Part shown: positions 41,869-51,256 of the stretch, one piece after another | Position numbering within the stretch: position 1 is the stretch's first letter | Layout of the letters: every line of letters starts with the position of its first letter | Assembly: GCA_963723005.1 (NCBI GenBank) | Contig: CAVRPA010000006.1 | Coordinates: 81,280 to 145,279 of the forward strand | Direction: 5' to 3' | Origin: an uncultured Acidobacteriota bacterium | GTDB taxonomy: Bacteria; Acidobacteriota; Vicinamibacteria; Vicinamibacterales; UBA2999 | DNA length: 64,000 nucleotides | Notes under the pieces: model-generated | Databases searched by the model: none | The model's input: the letters and a program-made list of their open reading frames with translations, nothing else | What the model was told of the DNA's origin: nothing | Position numbers and translations under genes: made by a program

Positions 41869-43314
41869 TCAGCGTTGTACGAGGATTTCGTTGGAGGCCG
41901 GACCCGCGCCGCGCTCGTTCACCGAGCGCACCCGCACGTAGTAGGCTCCCGGAGGCGCCTCCGTGGAAAACTCGGTCACGCTCGTGACCTGCAGCTTGGC
42001 GATGTCGGACAGGCCCGGCTCGGAACCAGCCTCGACAATGTAGCCCAACGGGGCCGGGCCGTCGGGCGCGGTCCAGCGCAGATTAACGGTGGCTGCGCCT
42101 CCTCCGGCAGCCGACGTCTCGACGAGGGCCGCCGGTGCTGCCGGCGCTCCAGGCGCGATCAACGCGATGTCCGTGGTCACGTGCGAGGTGCCAAGGTCGT
42201 TCACGCTGCGCACGCGAACGTAGTAGGTGCCGGCGCTGACCTCCCCTGACACCGAGGTGACGTTGCCGACATTCACCGCACCGACGTCCGAAAGCCCGGG
42301 ATTACTGCCGGCTTCGAGGACGTATCCGGTCGGCGTGTCCTCGAGCGAGTCGGCGGCCGTCGCTTTCCAGCGGAGCGTCGCCGTCGTCCCGGACCAGGTC
42401 ACCGTGAACTCGGTGGGCGCGACGAGCGTCTTGCCGACGATGAACGAGACCTGATTCGAGCTGATGGAAGTACCCGCGGCATTCCGCGCCCGCACGCGCG
42501 CATAGTAGCGGCCGTTCGGCAGACTGCCCGAGATGGTCAGGACGTTGCCAAGGCTATGGCCGTCGACCACATTCTGTCCGCCGGAATCGGTGCTCACGTA
42601 GAGCAGATATTCGGTGGCGGGGGTTCCACCCGATCCGGGGTTCCAGTTCAGGGTCACCTTCGGGCCGGCAACGCCGGCCGTCAAGGATGCTGGCGCAGGC
42701 GGTCCCGGCGTTGTCGTCGGAGACACCGTAGCACTTGCTCGAGCTGTCGCGCCACCCGCGCCCGTGGCGACGATCGTGAACGTCGTTGTCGCCGTCACCG
42801 TGACCGTCTGCGAGCCGCTCGTGCCGACCGCCGCGCCGTTGATCGACGCCGACGTCGCATTGGTGGTCTGCCAGCTCACGAGCGCGGTGTTGGCCGACTG
42901 CAGCACCGCCTGAATCTGCGCGGTCGGAGCGCTGGTCGGAGTGCCAAGGTTGATCGTCGCCTCGCTCGACGGCGGACCGAATTCATAGCGTGAGTTATAG
43001 GCGCGTACGCTCATGTAGTAGGCGCTGCCTGGAGTGAGGTTCACCGGCGCGCTCGTCTGGTTGCCGGCATCGAGGCTCCACTGGTAGTTCCCGGGCGCCG
43101 TGCCGTAATACAGCCGATAGCCCGCCGTATACGAGTCGGTATTCCTGTCCCAACTGACCGTCACCGTGGATTGCGCGTGAGCGGCTGCCGCCGCGAGTAG
43201 CACGAGGGTGAGTGCAACGATGGACCGAGATGACACCTTGATCAGGCGCCGGGCAAAGCGATCGGAGCAGCGCTCTGCGCGCTGGGAACTTACACGAATT
43301 TGCACAGTCATCAC
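41869..43314 (-). CDS. Secreted fibronectin type III repeat protein (paralogue 2)
   Basis: Signal peptide 'AAAAAHAQ'; four Fn3 units and an Ig-like linker. Confidence 0.9.
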   Translation of the reverse strand: MMTVQIRVSSQRAERCSDRFARRLIKVSSRSIVALTLVLLAAAAAHAQSTVTVSWDRNTDSYTAGYRLYYGTAPGNYQWSLDAGNQTSAPVNLTPGSAYYMSVRAYNSRYEFGPPSSEATINLGTPTSAPTAQIQAVLQSANTALVSWQTTNATSASINGAAVGTSGSQTVTVTATTTFTIVATGAGGATARASATVSPTTTPGPPAPASLTAGVAGPKVTLNWNPGSGGTPATEYLLYVSTDSGGQNVVDGHSLGNVLTISGSLPNGRYYARVRARNAAGTSISSNQVSFIVGKTLVAPTEFTVTWSGTTATLRWKATAADSLEDTPTGYVLEAGSNPGLSDVGAVNVGNVTSVSGEVSAGTYYVRVRSVNDLGTSHVTTDIALIAPGAPAAPAALVETSAAGGGAATVNLRWTAPDGPAPLGYIVEAGSEPGLSDIAKLQVTSVTEFSTEAPPGAYYVRVRSVNERGAGPASNEILVQR

Positions 43315-43410
43315 CTAGGGCCGGGGCCGTGAGGGGCACCAACGTCGAACGGGTTTTGATTGCGCTCGGGGGGAGGCGAGCAGAGGTGGAGGGGGACCCG
43401 ATCGGCACGT

Positions 43411-43426
43411 TGCCAGAATCGGGCCA
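43411..43426 (-). promoter_or_regulatory. Sigma54-like motif upstream of Fn3 paralogue 2
   Basis: Minus strand TGGCCCG-ATTC-TGGCA. Confidence 0.55.
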
Positions 43427-43587
43427 ACCGCAGCGTCGATGGAGTCGGCCACTGCTGTCCGTTCAAGTTCGCTTACGGTCTGTCGCGAGGTCAATTGCGG
43501 GCGCCAGCGGGTCCGTGCTTGGGAAAGCGCTATGTAAACCCGTCAACGTCCCTGCGTAAATGACACGGTGGGGGCCCGAAAACGTCG

Positions 43588-43612
43588 CTGGCGCCCCGTC
43601 GTGGGGCGCCAG
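43588..43612. terminator. Hairpin downstream of Fn3 paralogue 3
   Basis: CTGGCGCCCC-gtcgt-GGGGCGCCAG. Confidence 0.55.
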
Positions 43613-43675
43613 TGTCCGTTTTGTCATGTTGCCGATCCGCGCGCACCGTGGCGTTCGCCGGCTGTGCCGCGGCGT

Positions 43676-45088
43676 CTAACGCCTGACGATGACCTCGTTC
43701 GAGGGCTCGCCGGCGCCGCGGTTGTTCACGCCGCGCACCCGCACGTAGTAGACGCCCGACGGCGCCACGGTCGAGAACCTCAGAACATTGCCAACCGGGA
43801 ACCGACCGAGGTCGGAGAGCCCCGGCGCGCTGCCTGCCTCAATCACATACGAGGTCGCAGCGGAACCGCCGCGGGGCGCCGTCCAACGCAGGTCCACCCT
43901 GTTGCCACTACCTGAAGCCATGAAGGCCGTTGGCGCATTCGGAGCGCCGGGCGCCACCAGCATGAGGTCGGCAGTGGGATCTGACTCGCCGTAGTCGTTG
44001 GTGGCGTGGACACGCACATAGTAGGTCCCCGAGGTGACATCGGCCCTGAACACGGTGTTTCTGCCGGTTTGAACGGTGGCCACGTCGCTGAGGCCCGGCG
44101 CACTGCCGGCCTCGAGGATGAAATTGGTCGGCACATCCTCGGGCGTCGCGCCTGCGGGGGCGGTCCAGCTCACCGTGGCGGTCGAGCCCGACCAGGTGAC
44201 CTTGAGGCCGTTCGGCGTCGCCAGCTGCCTGCCGATACGGAGGACGATCTGGTTGGAATCAGGCGACGTGCCCACGCCGTTCGCGGCCCGCACCCGGATG
44301 TAGTAGCGGCCCTTTGGCAGATCGCCATAGGCGCTGAGGACGTTGCCGACCGCCATTCCGTTCGCGACATTCGTCCCGCCCGCTGCGGTGCCCGCGTAGA
44401 TCAGATAGTTCTGAGGTGCGCCGCCACCGGCCGGCGCCCGCCACGCCAGCGTGGCACGGCTCCCGGAAACGCTGCCCGTGAGACTCTGGGGCGCCGTCGG
44501 AGCGGCCGGCGCGGTCAACGCGACCGTTGCGCTCGCCGTGGCCGTCGCGCCGGAAGCGCTCGTCGCCGTAATCGTGAACGTCGTCGTCGCGCTGATTGCA
44601 ACGGTGGTCGAACCCGATGTGCCCACCACATACCCGTTGATTACGGCGCTGGCCGCGTTGGTCGTGGACCAGGTCACCAGGGCGTTGTTGTTTGCCTGCA
44701 GGACGGCGGTGATGGTGGCGGTGGGGCCCGCGAGGTCGATCGTGACCTCCGTCGACGGCGGACCGTACTCGTAACTCGCGCTGTACGCCCGCACCGCCGC
44801 GTAATACCTCGTGCCCGGAGTGAGCGCGAGCGGCGCGGAGACCTGGTTGCCAGCGTCCAGGCTCCACTGGTAGCTCCCGGGAGCCGTGCCGTAGTACAGC
44901 CGGTAGCCGGCCGTCGTGGTATCGGTGTTTCGATCCCAGGTGGCCGTCACCGTCGTCTGCGCCTGAGCCGCGGAGGCGCTGGCGAGAATCACGACGAGAG
45001 CGGCGCAAAGGGCGAGGGTTCTCTGGGCGCAGCGGACGAGAACATCCGAAGCACGATGAGCGATCAGCAGATCTTGAATCACGGCCAT
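43676..45088 (-). CDS. Secreted fibronectin type III repeat protein (paralogue 3)
   Basis: Closely similar to 41869-43314 ('WDRNTD..TAGYRLYYGTAPG.YQWSLDAGNQ.SAP'). Confidence 0.9.
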   Translation of the reverse strand: MAVIQDLLIAHRASDVLVRCAQRTLALCAALVVILASASAAQAQTTVTATWDRNTDTTTAGYRLYYGTAPGSYQWSLDAGNQVSAPLALTPGTRYYAAVRAYSASYEYGPPSTEVTIDLAGPTATITAVLQANNNALVTWSTTNAASAVINGYVVGTSGSTTVAISATTTFTITATSASGATATASATVALTAPAAPTAPQSLTGSVSGSRATLAWRAPAGGGAPQNYLIYAGTAAGGTNVANGMAVGNVLSAYGDLPKGRYYIRVRAANGVGTSPDSNQIVLRIGRQLATPNGLKVTWSGSTATVSWTAPAGATPEDVPTNFILEAGSAPGLSDVATVQTGRNTVFRADVTSGTYYVRVHATNDYGESDPTADLMLVAPGAPNAPTAFMASGSGNRVDLRWTAPRGGSAATSYVIEAGSAPGLSDLGRFPVGNVLRFSTVAPSGVYYVRVRGVNNRGAGEPSNEVIVRR

Positions 45089-45268
45089 CACCTGAGCCCG
45101 GAACCGGGCTGCGAACGTCAAATGGACTTGAGTGGGGCCTTGAAGAGCCGACAGGACGTCGAGGGGGGCGACGGTGCCGCGGACATGGAGCAACCGCTCC
45201 ACGCCTGCACGGTCACGCGGTCTGCACATATCGGCTCGCGAGGTGAATCCCATACCGCGCAGCCAAAT

Positions 45269-45284
45269 TGCCAGAAGTGGGCCA
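45269..45284 (-). promoter_or_regulatory. Sigma54-like motif upstream of Fn3 paralogue 3
   Basis: Minus strand TGGCCCA-CTTC-TGGCA. Confidence 0.55.
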
Positions 45285-45588
45285 CACGGCCCGGGTGGCT
45301 TTATTCGCGTTTTATCGTCTGCTCATGTGCGTTAGCTGCACTCAACTGCACGGGTTTGACCTGACTCCGGGTGCCGTGAAGAACAATGCAGCTTGTGCTT
45401 TTTCAGCACATGCCAGTTGCGAAACTGTTTGTGCAGGTGGCCCCTAGGGACCGCGCGCAAGGGTTGAAGCCCGCGAATCCAGGCCTCACGACCTGGCAGA
45501 TAACTGCATCGTTTTCGAGCCGATCGTGCCAGACCCCATGCGGAGGGCGTTGGTCTGTGCAAGCATGCGGCAAGCTGGAGGGCTCACC

Positions 45589-45822
45589 ATGGTCAAGGCT
45601 GGACGCAACGACAAGTGCCCCTGTGGCAGCGGGAAGAAGTACAAGCAGTGCTGCGCGGCCAAGCAGACGCAGGCGTGGACCGGGCGCGTGATGATGGGCA
45701 TGGTCCTCGTCATGCTGCTGGGCGCCGTCTACGCCGGCATCACCGCCGTCACCTCGGACCCATCCTCGACGACCGGCGGACCGGGCAAGGTCTGGTCGCC
45801 CGAGCACGGCCACTATCACTGA
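45589..45822 (+). CDS. Small SEC-C motif membrane protein
   Basis: 'GRNDKCPCGSGKKYKQCC', one TM helix, C-terminal 'GKVWSPEHGHYH'. Confidence 0.88.
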   Translation: MVKAGRNDKCPCGSGKKYKQCCAAKQTQAWTGRVMMGMVLVMLLGAVYAGITAVTSDPSSTTGGPGKVWSPEHGHYH

Positions 45823-45841
45823 GAAAGCGTCTGAAGCAGGT

Positions 45842-46300
45842 ATGAGGTTCTTCCTCCTGGCGCTCACGACTGTCGCTTCGCTCACTCCACTCTGGGCGGC
45901 GCCTCAGCAGGGTGGCGCAACGGCACCTGCCGCCACGCAGCCATCCGCCGACAAGCCGATGCTCGAGGGACCGTACTGGCGCCTCAAGACCCTGGGTGAA
46001 ACCACGCCGACGTTCACGGCGAACGCCCGGGAACCGCACCTGACCTTCTATCCAGGCGGATCGGTCACCGGCGCGGATGGATGCAACACGCTCAAGGGAA
46101 CGTATCGCGCGGACGACGAGGCGTTGACCATCGGACCGCTGATGGGAACCCTCATGGCGTGTCCGGGGCTCGACCGGCTCGACCGACGCTTTCTGGACGC
46201 CCTCGGCGCCACGAAGAAGTGGAAGGCGTCGAAGAACGAGCTCACCCTGTTCGACGCGAAGGATCAGCGGCTGGCCACGTTCGACGCTCGGCTGCCCTGA
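45842..46300 (+). CDS. META/HslJ domain protein
   Basis: 'W.L..L', 'G.DGCN...G.Y', 'TLMAC', 'FLDAL'. Confidence 0.9.
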   Translation: MRFFLLALTTVASLTPLWAAPQQGGATAPAATQPSADKPMLEGPYWRLKTLGETTPTFTANAREPHLTFYPGGSVTGADGCNTLKGTYRADDEALTIGPLMGTLMACPGLDRLDRRFLDALGATKKWKASKNELTLFDAKDQRLATFDARLP

Positions 46301-46342
46301 TCGGTTGGCCCACGACGCGGCGCGGCGGGTACCATCTACTCG

Positions 46343-47332
46343 ATGATCCCGTTCTCCGTGCTCGACCTTTCACCCGTCGTCAAAGGCAGTACGCCGGCGC
46401 AGGCGTTCCGGAACACGCTCGATCTGGCCCGTCACGTCGAGCGGGCGGGCTACCGGCGGTTCTGGCTGGCTGAGCACCACAACATGCCGGGTATCGCCAG
46501 CGCCGCGACCGCGGTGCTCATCGGTCATGTGGCGGGAGGCACCACCACCATTCGCGTTGGCTCCGGCGGCGTGATGCTTCCCAACCACGCGCCCCTCGTC
46601 ATCGCCGAGCAGTTCGGCACCCTCGAGTCGCTCTATCCGGGCCGCATCGATCTCGGGCTGGGCAGGGCGCCGGGCACCGACATGCTGACGACGCGCGCGC
46701 TGCGCCGCGATCCCGCCGCGGGTGCCGAGCACTTCCCTCAGGACGTGATGGAGCTGCAGGGCTATTTCGCGGCGCCGAGTCCGGGGCAGGCCGTGCGCGC
46801 GGTGCCGGGCGCGGGACTGAACGTGCCGATCTGGCTGCTCGGCTCCAGCATGTACAGCGCGGAGCTCGCCGCGTACATGGGACTGCCCTTTGCCTTCGCG
46901 TCGCACTTCGCGCCGGACTACCTGCTGGCGGCCCTCGACGCCTACCGGCGCGGCTTCAAGCCCTCGGCCGGGCTCGACGCTCCTTATGCGATGGCGGCCA
47001 TCAACGTGATTGCCGCGGACACCGACGATGAGGCGCATCACCTCTTCAAGTCGCTGCAGCAGCAGTTCATCAATCTGCGGCGGGGCGTGCCGAGTCGTCT
47101 GCAGCATCCCGACGAGGTGAACGACGGCGACTGGCGGGACGAAGACCACTTCGCCTTGAGCCGCATCATCAAGTATTCCGTCGTCGGCTCCCCGGCGTCG
47201 GTGCGCTCGGGTATCGACGCGTTCCTGGCGCTCACCCAGGTGAACGAACTGATGGTCACCGCCCACGTGTTCGATCACGCCGCCCGACTGCGGTCGTTCG
47301 AGCTGGTCGCCGGCGTCCGAGACGCCGGATAG
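46343..47332 (+). CDS. Luciferase-like (LLM class) flavin monooxygenase, YhbW-like
   Basis: 'SVLDLSP', 'WLAEHHN', '[21 protein letters not shown]', 'GLGRAPG'. Confidence 0.93.
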   Translation: MIPFSVLDLSPVVKGSTPAQAFRNTLDLARHVERAGYRRFWLAEHHNMPGIASAATAVLIGHVAGGTTTIRVGSGGVMLPNHAPLVIAEQFGTLESLYPGRIDLGLGRAPGTDMLTTRALRRDPAAGAEHFPQDVMELQGYFAAPSPGQAVRAVPGAGLNVPIWLLGSSMYSAELAAYMGLPFAFASHFAPDYLLAALDAYRRGFKPSAGLDAPYAMAAINVIAADTDDEAHHLFKSLQQQFINLRRGVPSRLQHPDEVNDGDWRDEDHFALSRIIKYSVVGSPASVRSGIDAFLALTQVNELMVTAHVFDHAARLRSFELVAGVRDAG

Positions 47333-47354
47333 CATATCCACGAAGATAGATATG
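47333..47354. promoter_or_regulatory. Palindromic operator CATATC-N10-GATATG (SahR/SamR-like) upstream of the met operon
   Basis: catatc-cacgaagata-gatatg, just upstream of an extended -10-like TGGTATAGC. Confidence 0.55.
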
Positions 47355-47400
47355 TTGCTTTATGGTATAGCCTAGGGTTCCCGAGCGCGCCTCGGGGACC

Positions 47401-49753
47401 ATGGCCATCACCTCTGCCTCTGTCGTGCCTCGCCCGCTGACCGTCGAACGGGCGTCCCTGACCATCGAAGGTCACACCCTCCGCGAGGTGTCGCTCGGCG
47501 GCTGGGCCTATGGACCCGAACTGGGGACCGCACCCGTCATCGTCGTCGTCGGCGGGATCACCGCCTCGCCGTTTCCGTTTGGCGACGGCCGATCGGAGGC
47601 CGAGGGCGGCGTGGAGCCGTGGTGGCCGGCGTTACTCGGTCCGGGTCTGATCGATCTCACCCGGGTGACGGTGCTCTGTCCTGCCTGGCCGGGTAACGGA
47701 TCGACATGGCGCGACTTCGAGGGCCAGGAGGCGCCACCGGCGTTGTCGGTGCTGGGTCTGGCGGATCTGGTGGCGTCCTGGCTGGACGGTTGCGGATGCG
47801 TTGACGCCGTGACGTTCGTCGGCGCCAGCCTGGGGGGCATGGTCGGGGCGGCCTTTGCGGTTCGGCACCCATCACGTTGCACGCGGCTGATCTGCATCTC
47901 GGCAGGACTGCGCCCCGACGGCTGGGGCACGGCCACGCGTCACCTGCAACGCGAGCTGGTGCGCGATGCGATCGCCAACGGCGATGTGGCGACGGGGATG
48001 AGCCGGGCCCGGCAGCTCGGGATGCTCACTTACCGGGGGCGCGACGAGCTCGATTCGCGGTTCGGCAAGCTGGAGCCGGGGCTGGAACGCCCGCCGGTGG
48101 CGGAGTACCTGGAGCACCATGGACGCCGCTTCGCGGAGCGCTTCCCCGTCCGCACGTTCCTGCTGCTGAGCGAGGCGATCGACCGCGGCTCCATCGCGGA
48201 GAGCCCGACCGCGCTCCGGAAAGCGCTCGAGCTCGTCACCGCCGAGACCATCGTCGTCGGCGTGCCGGGCGACATGCTCTTCCCGTGGCCGCTGCAGGAG
48301 GAGCTGCATCGGCAGCTGCAGGCAGCCGGCGCGCATTCGTCGCTGTGGAAGCTCGATTCGGTGTACGGCCACGACGCGTTCCTCGCCGACCAGGAGCGGC
48401 TGGCTGAACTGCTGCGCGGCGCCCGGGCGTTCGGCGGCGCGCCGTCGGCTGGCACGCGTCCGCGCTTCGAAGGCGTCGGCGAGGAGCCGATCCGCGAAAT
48501 CCGCATCGGGCTGGTTGGATGCGGCACCGTGGGTGGCGGGCTGCTGGAGATGATTGCGCGGCAGCAGGCCGCGGTGGCCGACCGTTATGGGGTGCGGTTC
48601 CGCGTGACGCACATCGCGGTCCGCGATGTCCTGAAGCCGCGGAGCGAGCGAGCCGCCGGTATTCCGCTCACCACGGATCCGCTCGACCTCGTGAGCGACC
48701 CGGAAGTGGACGTCGTCGTCGAGGTCGCGGGAGGCGCGGCGATGGAGCCGGTCCTGGCCGCCGCCCTGGCGTCGGGCAAACCGGTGGTCACGGCCAACAA
48801 GGCGCTGCTCGCACTTGAAACTGGCGGAGCTGGGGGTGCTGGCGCAACGGACCGCGACGCCGCTCTATTGCGAAGCCGCGGCCGCGGCCGCCCTCCCGAT
48901 CCTCCGGCATCTCAGTCATCGCGCCGACGAAGTGGACAGCCTTGCCGGCATCCTCAACGGGACCTGCAACTTCGTGATCACGCGCATGGAGCAGACCGAG
49001 TGCTCGCTCGCGGATGCAGTGCTGGAAGCGCAGTCACTCGGCCTGGCGGAAGCCGACCCCGCCGCCGACTTGAACGGGCAGGATGCGGCCGCCAAGCTGT
49101 CGATTCTCGCCTACCGCGCGTTCGGGGCCTGGGTCCGGCCCGATGCGTTCACGGTGAGAGGGATTCTCGAACTGGGCCCGCACGATTGCGATCTCGCCGA
49201 GGCGATGGGGTGCCGCATTCGTCTGATCGGCAGGGCCGCCCGCGTGAACGGATCGCTCGACATGGCCGTCGAGCCGCTGCTGATGCCGGCCTGGCATCTG
49301 CTGGCATCCGTCGAAGAGGAGTACAACGCGGTCTACCTGCGCTGCGCTTCCTCTGGCGATCTCAGCCTGTTCGGCAAAGGCGCTGGAGCGCTGCCGACGG
49401 CGACCGCGGTCCTTGGCGACCTGATTGACCTCGCGCAGGACAACTCGGTGCGCTGGCCGGTGCCTCGCGCGCTTCCGCTCGTGGACCCGAACGGCGCTAC
49501 GCCGCCGACACCGCGGCGGCATTACCTGCGCGTCACCGGCACCCACCACGTGGGGCTGGATCGCCGCGTGGAGAGCCTGGTGCGGCGAGCGGGCTTGACG
49601 GTTCAGAACCGCGCCACCCGTGACGAAGAGAACCGGACGCACCTCGCGTTCACGATCTCCGCCAGTTCCGATTCGAGCATCGCGTCCGTGCGTGACGGCG
49701 TCGCGCAACTGGCCCGCGTGGACGAATGCCTGTGCCTGGGAGTGTTCGAATGA
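47401..49753 (+). CDS. Fused homoserine O-acyltransferase (MetX family) / homoserine dehydrogenase; frameshift near 48815
   Basis: 'GASLGG', 'GD.LFP', 'YGHDAFL' run in frame into 'GLVGCGTVG', 'VVTANKA'; after the shift 'GILNGTCN', 'AEADP..D..G.DAAAK', 'GKGAG'. Confidence 0.88.
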
Positions 49754-51123
49754 TCGCGCTCCGCGAATGGTTGCAGCCTGAAGCGTGCCCGGCCGAAAGG
49801 CCACCGCTCTCGTCGATGAGCTCACGGACGAGGCAACTGCACGACAGCATCGACGCGCACACGCGACGAAGCGGGCTCCCCTATCTTCATCCCGACGATC
49901 CCACCGTCCAACTGGATCTGTTCGGGTCGACGCGGGCGATCGCGTGGCAGGAGGGGAAGGCGGCGTTCATGTTCGCCGGCGACGGCTGCTGGTCCGAGCT
50001 GCCGCACCTCTATGCCCGCTACGGCACCACTGCGACAGGCGCGCTGATCTCGCGCGTCAGGACGCTGGAGCACGCCGGCGCCGCGCTCGTGTGCGATTCC
50101 GGCATGCAGGCCACCGCGCTGGTATTCGACGTGCTGATGGAGCCCGGCCGGCACGCGGTGCTGATGCGTCAGGTCTATAACAAGACGCGCTCCTACCTGG
50201 AATGGCTGGCCAGCCGCGTCGGCGCGACGATCACCATCGTCGATGATGGCGATCGGGATCAGTTGGCCGCGGCGATTACGCCGGAGACGGTGTGCGTCTT
50301 CGCCGAGACCTTCACGAACCCGCTGGTGCGCGCCCAGGATCTGGACATGCTGCGCGAGGTCGTCGCGGAGGCCCGCGATCGGGCGCCGGGCCTTCGCTTG
50401 ATCATCGACTCCACGATTGCGACGCCGTGGGCCTTCTCCACACCATTGCTCGATCAGGGCGTTGACGTGGTGCTGGCCAGCGGCACCAAGGCGCTCGGTG
50501 GCACGGACCGGGATCTCTGGGGATACGTGGCCACGAACGACACGCATCTGGCCACCGGCGTCATGGACCTGCTGGCGCTTCGCGGCGGCATCCTCGATTG
50601 GCGGCGCGCGCAGGCCATCCTGGACACCTGGGACGATGCCGAACCGGCGCACGCGCGGCGATCGGCAACGGCGACTCGGGTGGCGGCGTTCCTGGCGTCG
50701 CATCCTCGGGTCAGTGAGGTCCATCACCCGTCGCTGCCCTCACATCCCGACGCCTCCGCCATTCGCCGCCATTACATCCGGCACGGCTCGCTGCTCTCGT
50801 TCCGCATCAAGGGCGCCGACGAAGACCGCACGCGGCACTTCGCGGACGTGCTCGCCACGACGGTAGTCGTGCGCTACGCACTGTCGTTCGATGGACTCAC
50901 CACCAAGGTGAATCATCACAAGACGGTCTCGGAGTATTTCACCGCCGCGGCGCAGCTGGCCAGGAACGGCTTCGATCGGCTGATTCGCCTGGCGATCGGG
51001 ATTGAAGACGCCGACGATCTGATTGCGGCACTCAACTGGACGCTGCACCACGCCGACAGCATCACCGCCGCCGATCTCGAAGCCTGGCAACGCGCGCGCA
51101 TCGAGAGCCTGGGTGTGGCGTGA
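49750..51123 (+). CDS. Cys/Met metabolism PLP enzyme (cystathionine gamma-synthase / acylhomoserine sulfhydrylase-like)
   Basis: 'YARYG', 'SGMQA', 'ETFTNP', 'DSTIATP', PLP lysine 'SGTKALGG', 'RLAIGIED.DDL'. Confidence 0.85.
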   Translation: MIALREWLQPEACPAERPPLSSMSSRTRQLHDSIDAHTRRSGLPYLHPDDPTVQLDLFGSTRAIAWQEGKAAFMFAGDGCWSELPHLYARYGTTATGALISRVRTLEHAGAALVCDSGMQATALVFDVLMEPGRHAVLMRQVYNKTRSYLEWLASRVGATITIVDDGDRDQLAAAITPETVCVFAETFTNPLVRAQDLDMLREVVAEARDRAPGLRLIIDSTIATPWAFSTPLLDQGVDVVLASGTKALGGTDRDLWGYVATNDTHLATGVMDLLALRGGILDWRRAQAILDTWDDAEPAHARRSATATRVAAFLASHPRVSEVHHPSLPSHPDASAIRRHYIRHGSLLSFRIKGADEDRTRHFADVLATTVVVRYALSFDGLTTKVNHHKTVSEYFTAAAQLARNGFDRLIRLAIGIEDADDLIAALNWTLHHADSITAADLEAWQRARIESLGVA

Positions 51124-51154
51124 CCGCCCGCAGCTGGGGCACGGCCTTCGTCTC

Positions 51155-51237
51155 AAGCCCAGGCCCCAAGCCCAAGCCCCAAGCCCCAAGCCCAAGACCC
51201 AAGACCCAAGACTCAAGACTCAAGACCTAAGACCTAA
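51155..51237. repeat. Drifting heptamer tandem repeat, about 12 units
   Basis: AAGCCCC to AAGACCC to AAGACTC to AAGACCT. Confidence 0.9.
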
Positions 51238-51256
51238 CGACGAGGAGATCCCCGTG

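Noticed and set aside
45090-45588. Riboswitch or ncRNA in the long intergenic region
   Set aside because: No recognisable c-di-GMP, SAM or cobalamin consensus by eye; an Infernal/Rfam scan would be needed.
51023-51256. N-terminal extension of the AK-HD ORF (PKPKTQDPRLKTQD)
   Set aside because: It is a translation of the heptamer repeat; the real start follows GAGGAG at about 51257.
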